A stretch of 45,196 bases of DNA from an uncultured Clostridia bacterium (GCA_947169815.1 CAMVRG010000001.1:1-45196); one strand, 5' to 3'; counted from the first letter of the stretch, positions 8,537-17,428 are shown. The notes: generated by a model not told the origin, from the sequence alone. Program-made: numbers and translations.

Positions 8537-11500
8537 TTAACTATGAATCCAGTCACAGTCGTACATACTTAACAGCCAGCTTACATTATCACTATCCGTT
8601 ACATTAGTTGAATGGGTTAATAAATCGGCAACTAAACTTAATTTAGTAAGGTCAATTTTGGGCATTTGTGTTCGTGCTCCATTGCCAAAAGCTATTGAAG
8701 GGGATGTCATAACGGTTGAATTATTTGAGCTATATGTCGTTGGCTTTGTTGTACCGTAACCAGCTACTGTTATATCCACTTTCCATTTACCCTCTGTAGG
8801 AATAGTTGCACTCGTTAACCCTGCATCTTTGAATGCATATTTATAAATTGTTTGGATGCTATTTGGAATAGTGATTTTATTAAGTTTTGTACAATCTGCA
8901 AAAGCATAAGTATCAATAGTAGTCAATCCCTCTGGGAAATTGATTTCATTAAGAGAAGTACAACCGTTAAAAGCATAATCGCCAACATAAGTTATTGTAG
9001 ATGGAAGAACTACCTTTTCTATTGTTGTAAGATTTTCAAAGCCGTGTGATATTATTTTAGTAACATTCTTACCATTATATGTTTCTGGTATTTCTATTAT
9101 CGCTAAATCTTGCGCTCCTTCGCCAGCCTTAACACCATAGTTACCATCAGGTAATTCCACAAATTTCAAAAAATCGCTTGTATTAATCAATTGTGACATA
9201 TTCCCGATGTTATCCGTTGTACCGTCAGTATAAGTGATTACGATGTTACCATCTACTATCTCTATTTTTTCAATTCCTCTTCCGTCGGCTCCGTCATCAC
9301 CTTTGTCACCCTTTTCGCCTTTATCACCCTTTTCGCCTTTGATGTTTCCAAGGTTGATAACTGTGTTATCTGTAAGGGTAATGATTAATTCGCCATTAGT
9401 AGCAAGCGTAACAGTTCTAATGCCAACGCCGTCTTGACCGTTTGTACCATTCTGTCCATCAGTACCGTTTGTGCCGTTAGTACCGTCTCTGCCGACTATA
9501 AGTCCGAGATTTTGAGATGTACCGTCACTGTAAGTGAAAACGAGTTCACCATCTGCGTTGATTTCACTTCTTACAATGCCAATACCATTAGCGCCCTTAA
9601 TATTACCGAGATTAAGTACAGTACTATTTGTGAGTGTAACGGTTAATGCACCTGTACTGTCAATCGTAACATTTGCAATTCCTACGCCATCCGCTCCATT
9701 AGCGCCGTCTTGTCCGTTCACTCCGTTTTGACCGTCTGTTCCATCTTCTCCTTTATCGCCTTTATCTCCCTTGTCGCCTTTTTCGCCTTTAATGCTTCCA
9801 AGGTTAATAGTCTGATTATCAGAGAAGGTTAATACAAGCTCGCCGTTTGAATTTATCTGCACATCAGTAATGCCGATACCGTCTTGTCCATCAACGCCGT
9901 CGCGACCGTTAGTTCCGTTTGTACCGTCCTGACCGTCTACACCATCACGACCGTTTTGACCGTCAATTCCGTCACGTCCTACAACTTTTCCAAGGTTGGA
10001 CGATGTTCCGTCAGAATAAGTAATTATCAAATTGCCTTCTGCATTAATTTCCGTATTGCTCACGCCTCTACCGTCGGCACCATTTTGACCGTCTTGACCG
10101 TCTTGTCCATTGGTGCCGTCCTGTCCGTCAGTACCTTTTACAGCACCGAGGTTTGTTGTTGTGCCATCGGAATATTCAATTACTAATTCGCCGCTATCAT
10201 TAATTGATGTTGCCGAAACTCCTCTACCGTCCTGACCGTCTTGTCCGTCAACACCGTCTCTGCCGTTAGTGCCGTCAACTCCGTCACGACCTACAACCTT
10301 TCCGAGATTAACCGATGAGTTATCCGTGTAAGTTATGACAAGGTTTCCATTATCGTCAATGCTTGAATTCAAAACACCTCTGCCGTCCTGTCCATCAGTA
10401 CCGTTTTGACCGTCAACACCGTCTCTGCCGTTGGTGCCGTCAGCACCGTTTTGTCCTTTAATAATACCAAGGTTGACAGTTGTTCCGTCAGAATAGGTAA
10501 CAACTACTTCACCGTTTTGATTAATACTTGTATCTGAAATACCTAATCCGTCAACTCCATCTCTTCCATTAGTGCCGTTGGTGCCGTCTTGTCCATCCTG
10601 CCCGTCAGCACCAACAATTTTTCCAAGTTCAAGCGTTGTTCCTGTTGATAAGGTAATTTCAAGATTTCCTTCATTTGTGATGTTAATCGATGAGATACCT
10701 ACTCCGTCAGAACCATCTCGACCATCCGTACCGTTAATGCCGTCTCTGCCATTAGTACCATCAACACCATCACGACCATTGGTGCCATCTCTACCGTTTT
10801 CACCCGTAATTTTTCCAAGATTTGATGTTGTATTATCAGAGTATGTAATGATAAGATTTCCGTTCCCGTCAACCTCAGTATTTACAATACCTAAGCCATC
10901 TGTACCATTTGAACCATCGCTACCGTCTCTGCCTTTTACAACACCAAGGTTAGTATTATTACCATCAGAGAAAGTCAGCACAAGTTCTCCGTTATCGTTA
11001 ATGCTTGAAGCAATAATGCTAACACCGTCAACACCATCACGTCCGTTTGTACCATTTGTTCCATTAATACCGTCACGTCCGTCTCTGCCGTTGGTGCCTA
11101 CAACAACGCCGAGATTATCAACAAGATTGTTGGAGTAGGTCAAAACTAATTCACCGTTTGCATTGATTTCGGAACGAACTACGCTAATACCGTCCTGTCC
11201 ATCATTGCCATTTTGACCGTCAGTTCCATCTCTTCCGTTAGTACCATCAATACCATCACGACCTGCTGCACCGATTACATTACCAAGGTTAGAACGCTGA
11301 CCATTTGAATAGCTGAGTACCAACTCTCCTTCAGAATTGATTTCTGCATTTGTAACGCTTATGCCGTCAGCTCCGTTTTGACCGTCCTGTCCGTCAAGAC
11401 CATTGACTCCGTCCCTTCCGTTCTGTCCGTCGGCGCCTACAACAATGCCGAGATTCGCTGTGTTGCCGTCAGAGTAAGTAATTATTAACTCTCCGTTAGC

Positions 11501-12469
11501 GTTGATTACAGAGCTTGTAATGCTTACGCCGTCTTGACCGTCAACGCCATCACTACCATCACGACCATTGATACCGTTTATACCATTTGTGCCGTCTCTA
11601 CCATCTCTACCGTCGGTACCATCTCGTCCATCAGCACCTACAACCACACCAAGATTAGCCGACTGCCCATTTGAGTAAGTCAACACTAATTCGCCGTTAG
11701 TATTAATTTCAGAGTTGCTAACGCTAACGCCGTCAATGCCGTTTGTACCAACAACCTTATCAAGATTAACCGAACTACCATCAGAAAAAGTCAACACTAA
11801 TTCACCATCAGTATTGACACTTGCAGCTGAAACACCTCTGCCGTCCTGTCCGTCAGCACCGTTTTGACCGTCAACACCGTCATGACCATTTGTTCCATTA
11901 ATGCCGTCAGTACCATCTCTGCCATCTTGTCCATCAGCACCGTTTTTTCCGTCTTTACCATTGGTACCATTCTTACCGTTAGTGCCGTCTTTTCCGTTGG
12001 TACCGTTTTTGCCGTTAACTCCGTTTTTGCCGTCGGAGCCTGCGACCTCACCGACATTAAGCTGAGTTCCGTCAGAAAGCGTCATTATCAATTCGCCGTT
12101 GGAGTTAAAGTTGGCATCCTTTATGGAAACGGGCTCTTGCTTACCGTTTGCTTTAATGGAATTAAGCCATTCCTTTTCTGTACCTTTGAATCCGTTTTCA
12201 ACTGCAATGTCATAAGCAGATTTACCGTTTAACGAATCAAGCCATTCTTCCATCGTTCCGTCATAGCCGTACTGCTGTGCTAACTCATAAGCAGAAAGTC
12301 CGTTTTCTATCTTTGCACTTGCAGGCGCCGTACCGTTCTTATGTACAAGATTTGCTACTAAAAATGCAATGCCAAACATCAAAAGAAGTAAAATGATAAT
12401 AATTACAACTTTACTTATAATGTTCTTTTTTGATTTTGCATTAGTTTGTCTTAGGTTTTCCTGTTCCAT
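8537..12469 (-). CDS. Membrane-anchored segmented collagen-like (Gly-X-Y) surface fibre with C-terminal BspA-type LRRs
   Basis: N-terminal TM; two SAY..A...G..GT..EWL.S motifs; 18 ~30-aa G(E/N)LxxTxSDG..xNLG modules separated by GxD/GxN triplets; AFxxCxxLxxIxxP LRRs. Confidence 0.9.
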   Translation of the reverse strand: MEQENLRQTNAKSKKNIISKVVIIIILLLLMFGIAFLVANLVHKNGTAPASAKIENGLSAYELAQQYGYDGTMEEWLDSLNGKSAYDIAVENGFKGTEKEWLNSIKANGKQEPVSIKDANFNSNGELIMTLSDGTQLNVGEVAGSDGKNGVNGKNGTNGKDGTNGKNGTNGKDGKNGADGQDGRDGTDGINGTNGHDGVDGQNGADGQDGRGVSAASVNTDGELVLTFSDGSSVNLDKVVGTNGIDGVSVSNSEINTNGELVLTYSNGQSANLGVVVGADGRDGTDGRDGRDGTNGINGINGRDGSDGVDGQDGVSITSSVINANGELIITYSDGNTANLGIVVGADGQNGRDGVNGLDGQDGQNGADGISVTNAEINSEGELVLSYSNGQRSNLGNVIGAAGRDGIDGTNGRDGTDGQNGNDGQDGISVVRSEINANGELVLTYSNNLVDNLGVVVGTNGRDGRDGINGTNGTNGRDGVDGVSIIASSINDNGELVLTFSDGNNTNLGVVKGRDGSDGSNGTDGLGIVNTEVDGNGNLIITYSDNTTSNLGKITGENGRDGTNGRDGVDGTNGRDGINGTDGRDGSDGVGISSINITNEGNLEITLSTGTTLELGKIVGADGQDGQDGTNGTNGRDGVDGLGISDTSINQNGEVVVTYSDGTTVNLGIIKGQNGADGTNGRDGVDGQNGTDGQDGRGVLNSSIDDNGNLVITYTDNSSVNLGKVVGRDGVDGTNGRDGVDGQDGQDGRGVSATSINDSGELVIEYSDGTTTNLGAVKGTDGQDGTNGQDGQDGQNGADGRGVSNTEINAEGNLIITYSDGTSSNLGKVVGRDGIDGQNGRDGVDGQDGTNGTNGRDGVDGQDGIGITDVQINSNGELVLTFSDNQTINLGSIKGEKGDKGDKGDKGEDGTDGQNGVNGQDGANGADGVGIANVTIDSTGALTVTLTNSTVLNLGNIKGANGIGIVRSEINADGELVFTYSDGTSQNLGLIVGRDGTNGTNGTDGQNGTNGQDGVGIRTVTLATNGELIITLTDNTVINLGNIKGEKGDKGEKGDKGDDGADGRGIEKIEIVDGNIVITYTDGTTDNIGNMSQLINTSDFLKFVELPDGNYGVKAGEGAQDLAIIEIPETYNGKNVTKIISHGFENLTTIEKVVLPSTITYVGDYAFNGCTSLNEINFPEGLTTIDTYAFADCTKLNKITIPNSIQTIYKYAFKDAGLTSATIPTEGKWKVDITVAGYGTTKPTTYSSNNSTVMTSPSIAFGNGARTQMPKIDLTKLSLVADLLTHSTNVTDSDNVSWLLSMYDCDWIHS

Positions 12470-12529
12470 TTTTTCACCTCAGTATTTTTTATTTTACTAT
12501 ACTAATCAGTAATGACATCAACTGTCCAT

Positions 12530-12814
12530 TTAGCTGTTTTTTATATGGTCTTTTAAAAGTTTTCTGATTGTTCTTTCAGAATAATTGTATTTTGTGGCAA
12601 TCCTATTGATTGATTCAGATGTTCCGTCATAGGTCTTTATCGCTTCTTGCAGAACAAACTCCTTTGAAAAAAGCTTAGTAGGAAAATTGACCTGACTGCC
12701 ACGAAAATTCTCATATAGCTTTACTGCATTATCAAAACCGATTAGGTCGGCAATGGTTTCGTACACGCCGTTTAGCGTGGTACTTTTCTTATCTTTTACA
12801 TCAATATCAATCAC
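12530..12814 (-). CDS. Mor transcription-activator-like HTH protein
   Basis: YETIADLIG...KLY..FRGSQVNFP...IATKYNYSERTIRK pattern. Confidence 0.8.
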   Translation of the reverse strand: MIDIDVKDKKSTTLNGVYETIADLIGFDNAVKLYENFRGSQVNFPTKLFSKEFVLQEAIKTYDGTSESINRIATKYNYSERTIRKLLKDHIKNS

Positions 12815-13235
12815 CTACTTTTCACCTGCCTTTAATTATAAGATGATATGATTGCAATTTCTTTCGGCAATTTCCACGCGTTTTTCCAAATTTTACCAAA
12901 AGAAAAAGTACAGAGAAACGCTATCTCTGTACCTTCAATTATATGATATGTATTTTTTGTTGCAGTTGCTTCGTTTTCTGTGCTCCCCGATTTCCCCGAT
13001 TTTTTCAAGATAAGTCTTGTTCAAAGAAAAAACTTGTTGTGGGAGAATGTCAGACACTCACGACCTCGCCCACAAGTACTATTAGGAGATTTTTGTTACT
13101 GAAAAACAAGAGCTTTTTTACGCTTTATTATTCGGAAAAACTGTTTATGAATTATTCCCTATGTTGACAGGTCTTCGAAAAGGGTGTTGTTTTTACTCGT
13201 TTTATGTTTACAGCGTGGGTTTAATAGGTCTCAGT

Positions 13236-13247
13236 TCACCTCGACCA
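13236..13247 (+). repeat. att repeat 1 (tRNA-Pro 3' end copy)
   Basis: TCACCTCGACCA identical to 2290-2301; match extends to CAGT(T) with a 1-nt gap. Confidence 0.85.
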
Positions 13248-13249
13248 GT

Positions 13250-13290
13250 TGGAGTGTTCATAGCGGATTCGGTATGAACACTCCATTTTT
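13250..13290 (+). terminator. Terminator hairpin after att repeat 1
   Basis: TGGAGTGTTCATA/TATGAACACTCCA 13-bp stem plus T run. Confidence 0.8.
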
Positions 13291-13520
13291 TATTCAGTTT
13301 CTATGTAACGAGCAGGTCTTAAGCCTGCTCACTTTTCTTATGCGGTTTTGGCTTTGGTGATGCAAAAATGTACAAAAAAACGACAATAAAAGACAAAAGC
13401 AATTGAAAAATAGGGGTTGACAAATCGAAAATGTTTGTTCTCAATAGATAAAACAAGCCTATGCTGAAATGAATCAGCATAGGCGGTTTTTGGATGTTAA
13501 GTTTTTATAAGGCTAGCTCT

Positions 13521-13650
13521 AACACAAGGAACCGTCCCCTGTGTTCGTCCCCTGTGTTCATATTGAAATACTTTTATTGTGGAACAGAGAACCGTCCCCT
13601 GTGTTATTTTGTTGCTTTTCTTCGCGGGACAGGGAACCATTTCCTGTCCC
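13521..13650. repeat. Cluster of REP-like hairpins (ACACAxxGAACCGTCCCCTGTGTT family)
   Basis: Copies at 13521-13545 (with partial tandem duplicate 13546-13559) and 13583-13605; variant GGGACAGGGAACCATTTCCTGTCCC at 13626-13650. Confidence 0.8.
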
Positions 13651-13657
13651 ATACGAA

Positions 13658-14650
13658 TTAATAAATCCAATAAATACACGGTTGTTCAACATATATTATT
13701 TCATCGCTGTTTTTATATGCAATAATATTAACACGGTCGGCATTTTTTATCGGAATGAGTAATCTATGTTTGCTATCTCTAATTTCAATTCTGCTGAAAA
13801 GTCTTATGTGCTGTTTTGAAGGTAAAAAAATACCTCTCATTAATTCAGATTCGTATTCATAATAATCATCATATATAACAGAATTGTATATAACAAACTG
13901 CTTTAAATGAATTATAAAATTTGAACTATCACATTTTAAATGTCCAAGATAACGGCATTTATAATCATCATATTCAAATTCGTAATTTTCATGTTTTACG
14001 GGTTTTTGCTTTGCGAAATCATATACGTATATTGCGCCTTTTTTTAGATACACTAATTCATTATCCGTATTTTTATTAATAACGCCTTTATCTATAAACA
14101 CTTTTTCAACGTTTTCACGGCTAGTGTCAATATAGAATATATTAGTTTCATTATTTGGACAATCAGGATCTCGCTCACAATAATACAAGAAATCATCAAC
14201 AAATGAATATCCGTATTTTATTTTATCGGTTATTTCTGAATATTGTCTTGTTTTTATATTAATACAAACCAAATATCCATCATCTCTAATATAAAACAAA
14301 CAACCATTCTTGTACGTTACGTTTCTCACATAATCTTCATTAATAAGTATTTCGCCATTGACAATAATATCGTAAGGTTTTAATTCACGATTCTCCGATA
14401 ATCCTATGGCAATATACCCGTTATTAATAGGAATATATGATATAACATTCGTATATCCATCTATTGTGATCTTTCGACTGACTTTTGTTTTAACGTTATA
14501 TTCATAAACATTAGTATATGATAAATCCGCACACGTGTAATATATTTTCCCGCAATTAATACTTGTGTTATTTAACAATAAACTAATAGTTATAAATGGT
14601 ACAAGAATAACTAAAATAATAAGAAAAAATATAGCAAGTTTCTTTTTCAT
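13658..14650 (-). CDS. AT-rich secreted or membrane-anchored protein, probably a beta-propeller
   Basis: N-terminal signal/TM; repeated IYY/LFYI/LYY/IYVYD beta-strands; GAGGT RBS. Confidence 0.7.
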   Translation of the reverse strand: MKKKLAIFFLIILVILVPFITISLLLNNTSINCGKIYYTCADLSYTNVYEYNVKTKVSRKITIDGYTNVISYIPINNGYIAIGLSENRELKPYDIIVNGEILINEDYVRNVTYKNGCLFYIRDDGYLVCINIKTRQYSEITDKIKYGYSFVDDFLYYCERDPDCPNNETNIFYIDTSRENVEKVFIDKGVINKNTDNELVYLKKGAIYVYDFAKQKPVKHENYEFEYDDYKCRYLGHLKCDSSNFIIHLKQFVIYNSVIYDDYYEYESELMRGIFLPSKQHIRLFSRIEIRDSKHRLLIPIKNADRVNIIAYKNSDEIIYVEQPCIYWIY

Positions 14651-14715
14651 AAAAATTACCTCTTATAAATCTTTTTAAGTGTGCTTAAATAATTATAAAC
14701 TTCTTTCGGCGTATG

Positions 14716-14742
14716 GAACACAGGGGACGGTTCTCTGTGTTC
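14716..14742. repeat. REP-like hairpin (opposite orientation)
   Basis: GAACACAGGGGACGGTTCTCTGTGTTC. Confidence 0.85.
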
Positions 14743-14857
14743 AGAAATGTTTTCTAATAATTCCTATACTTAAGCCAGTCAACCTGCTAATTTGTCTAAT
14801 TGAAAGATTCTTTTTTCTAAATTCCGAAAGCGATTTTGTCTCTTTTGCCTTGGCCTC
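14741..14857 (-). pseudogene. Probable internally deleted REP-associated tyrosine transposase (RAYT-like) remnant
   Basis: - strand reads (R)PRQKRQ, a 1-nt shift, then KSLSE FRKKNLSIRQISRLTGLSIGIIRKHF*; resembles the N- and C-termini of Firmicute RAYT-type Y1 transposases. Confidence 0.6.
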
Positions 14858-14899
14858 TATGTCACCATTTTAAGAATAACATATTTTCACTATCTCGTC

Positions 14900-14924
14900 A
14901 ACACAGAGAACCGTCCCCTGTGTT
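14900..14924. repeat. REP-like hairpin
   Basis: AACACAGAGAACCGTCCCCTGTGTT, exact reverse complement of 14717-14741. Confidence 0.85.
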
Positions 14925-15081
14925 ACAACAGTTTTATATTATTTACAACATTTAAACTAACAATTATTATAACATATTCAATAATGACTATAATTAATCA
15001 TATATAACAATCTCAACCACTTGCCAACCAAATCATCAACAAACCGCCTAAACGCTTTATATTTTCGGCATTCCAACCCTA

Positions 15082-15124
15082 CACCTCGACCATTGATAAA
15101 AGGACAGCTTAATGCTGTCCTTTT
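15082..15124 (+). repeat. att repeat 2 plus presumed ancestral tRNA terminator
   Basis: CACCTCGACCA, then AAAAGGACAGC-TTAAT-GCTGTCCTTTT. Confidence 0.8.
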
Positions 15125-15265
15125 ATTTTTAATATAAGCATTTTTTCGGCGGATGATTGCTGAGCTGTTGGCTTTTTGTTTTATACGAATCTTATGAAAA
15201 AACTTATACTGCGTATATTCGCTGTTGCAATCGGGGAATAATAGTTATGTCAATGGAGGTTGAAT

Positions 15266-15943
15266 ATGGAAATTTTAAAGGTGGCTCTGGCGGCGCTTTT
15301 TTCAGCCGCGGCATTATTTATTATCGCAAAGATTATAGGTCATAAGCAGGTAGCGCAGCTCGAGTTTTTTGATTATATTACGGGAATAACTATCGGCTCA
15401 ATCGGCGCTGAAATTGCTACAACGCTTGAAAAGCCGTGGTGGAAGCCGATTATTTCAATGATTGTATTCGGGGCGGTAACGGTCGCTCTCAGTTTCACGG
15501 CAAGAAAAGTACCCAAATCGAGAAAATACATTAACGGAACGCCGACAATTCTTATGAATAACGGAAAGATATACAAAAAGAATATGAAGAAAGCGAAGCT
15601 GGAGCTCAGCGAATTTATGCTCTTGTGCCGACAGGAAGGATACTTTAATTTAAACGATATTCAGACCGCTGTTTTTGAATACAACGGTAAACTGTCTATT
15701 CTTCCGATAAGTACGAAACGTCCGCTGAATCCCGAGGATATGCAGCTTCTTCCGAAGCAGGAAAGCATCAGTACGGAGGTTATTATGGACGGAAGAGTTC
15801 TCAGTGAAAACCTGAAACGCAGGGGGCTTGACGAAAACTGGCTGAAGCGTCAGCTTTCAAATCAGGGATACACAAGCGCGAAGGAACTTTTTCTCGGTCT
15901 CTGTGATGAAAACAATAAACTTACTTTATATACGGGGGAATGA
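15266..15943 (+). CDS. DUF421/YetF-like membrane protein
   Basis: G.KQVAQL..FDYITGITIGSI, ING.PT...NG, AVFEYNGKLSILP; GGAGG RBS. Confidence 0.9.
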   Translation: MEILKVALAALFSAAALFIIAKIIGHKQVAQLEFFDYITGITIGSIGAEIATTLEKPWWKPIISMIVFGAVTVALSFTARKVPKSRKYINGTPTILMNNGKIYKKNMKKAKLELSEFMLLCRQEGYFNLNDIQTAVFEYNGKLSILPISTKRPLNPEDMQLLPKQESISTEVIMDGRVLSENLKRRGLDENWLKRQLSNQGYTSAKELFLGLCDENNKLTLYTGE

Positions 15944-17244
15944 AAATGGAATCACTTTGGGAAAGCACGGCAGAGCTTCCGCGATTTGACGCTCTCGGCG
16001 AGAACAAAACAACCGACGTGTTAATTATCGGCGGAGGAATTGCGGGTATTCTGACGGCATATTTTCTCAATAAAAGCGGCGTAGATTATCTGCTTGTTGA
16101 AAAAGACAGAATATGCGGCGAGAATACGAAAAACACAACAGCTAAAATAACCGTTCAGCACGGACTGATTTATCAGAAAATTGTAAAGAAATACGGCACG
16201 TACGCTGCGGAGCAGTACTGGAAAGCGAACGACAAAGCGCTTAAAGAATACGCGAGGCTGTGACAGAATATAGAATGTGATTTTGAGCAGAAGGATAATT
16301 ATGTCTATTCCCTTACCGACCGTAAAAGGCTCGAAGACGAAATGGAAGCCCTTGAAAAAATCGGGTGCCCTGCATCTTTCTGCGAGACTCCGACGCTTCC
16401 GTTAAAAACGGCGGGCGCAGTCAGATTTGAGAATCAGGCTCAGTTTAATCCGCTTAAATTTATTAACGCCGTTTGCCGTGACCTGAATATTTATGAGAAT
16501 ACCTTTGTTCGGGAAATGATCGGAAATACCGCGAAAACAGACAGGTATACAATAAAAGCAAAAAAGGTGATAGTTGCAACGCATTTTCCGTTTATTAACA
16601 AGCACGGATTTTATCCGCTCAAACTGTATCAGGAGCGCTCGTATGTTCTTGCGCTGAAACACGGTTATGAGCCGAACGGGATGTACGTTGACGAAAGCGG
16701 CTCGGGGCTTTCGTTCAGAAATTACGACGGTATGCTTCTGCTTGGAGGCGGCGGGCACAGAACGGGGAAAAACGGCGGAAACTGGGAGGAGCTGAGAGCG
16801 TTTGCGTCTAAAGCGTTTCCGACCGCCGAGGAGAAGTATCATTGGGCGGCGCAGGACTGTATGAGCCTTGACGGTATTCCGTATATCGGACATTATTCTT
16901 CAAATACTCCCGATTTATATGTTGCAAGCGGTTTCAACAAATGGGGGATGACGGGCGCAATGACTGCGGCAATGATATTAAACGATATGGTTCGGGAAAG
17001 AAAAAACGAACACGCCGAAATCTTTGACCCTTCAAGATGTATGCTCCACCCGCAACTGGCTTTAAACGCTTGCGAATCGGCTGCAAATCTTCTGACGATA
17101 TCAACAAAGCGCTGTCCTCACCTCGGCTGCGCGCTGCATTGGAACAGCGCCGAGCGTTCGTGGGACTGCTCATGCCACGGCTCGCGCTTTGAGGAAACGG
17201 GAGAGGTAATCAACAATCCCGCTAACGGTAACTTAAAACTTTAA
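15940..17244 (+). pseudogene. YhfW-like FAD-dependent oxidoreductase with Rieske domain, interrupted by an in-frame TGA at 16261-16263
   Basis: IIGGGIAG FAD motif; GFNKWGMT; CPHLGC...CSCHGS; both ORF halves share one frame. Confidence 0.8.
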
Positions 17245-17401
17245 TACTGCCACAGAGAAATTACAACACAAAAGCCCCGGCACGCGCCGGAGGAACACGG
17301 CCTGTATCGGCACACCTTACAATTTCGCAAATAAAGTAAATGGCTGCTATAACAAGAATTCAATGCTGATTTTAAATTAAAGGAAATATTATAAAACATT
17401 G

Positions 17402-17428
17402 AAAGCCTCGGCACGCGCCGAGGCTTTT
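17402..17428. terminator. Bidirectional terminator hairpin
   Basis: AAAGCCTCGGC-ACGC-GCCGAGGCTTT between convergent genes. Confidence 0.75.

Larger units (their letters stand above)
2290..13247. mobile_element. Integrative island 1 in tRNA-Pro (serine recombinase + DUF927 helicase + DUF1643; SCC-like)
   Basis: Direct repeat TCACCTCGACCA at 2290-2301 and 13236-13247; recombinase next to the tRNA; all genes on the - strand. Confidence 0.85.
13237..15092. mobile_element. Island 2: small AT-rich remnant with REP-like repeats, a RAYT-like remnant and one cargo gene
   Basis: Bounded by CACCTCGACCA at 13237-13247 and 15082-15092; no intact recombinase. Confidence 0.75.

Noticed and set aside
8537-9190. 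Diversity-generating retroelement acting on the fibre tip
   Set aside because: No reverse transcriptase and no template/variable repeat pair seen.
9234-12232. + strand Pro/Ser-rich ORFs and one alternative-frame ORF
   Set aside because: Shadows of the repetitive Gly-X-Y coding sequence.
13063-13072. Additional att copy ACCTCGCCCA
   Set aside because: Only a 9/10 match, with no terminator following it; could be chance.
13521-14924. CRISPR array from the repeated GAACCGTCCCCTGTGTT
   Set aside because: Irregular spacing, mixed orientation and no cas genes; fits REP-like hairpins better.
16261-16310. Selenocysteine insertion at the TGA
   Set aside because: No convincing SECIS hairpin, and the position is not an evident catalytic Cys.
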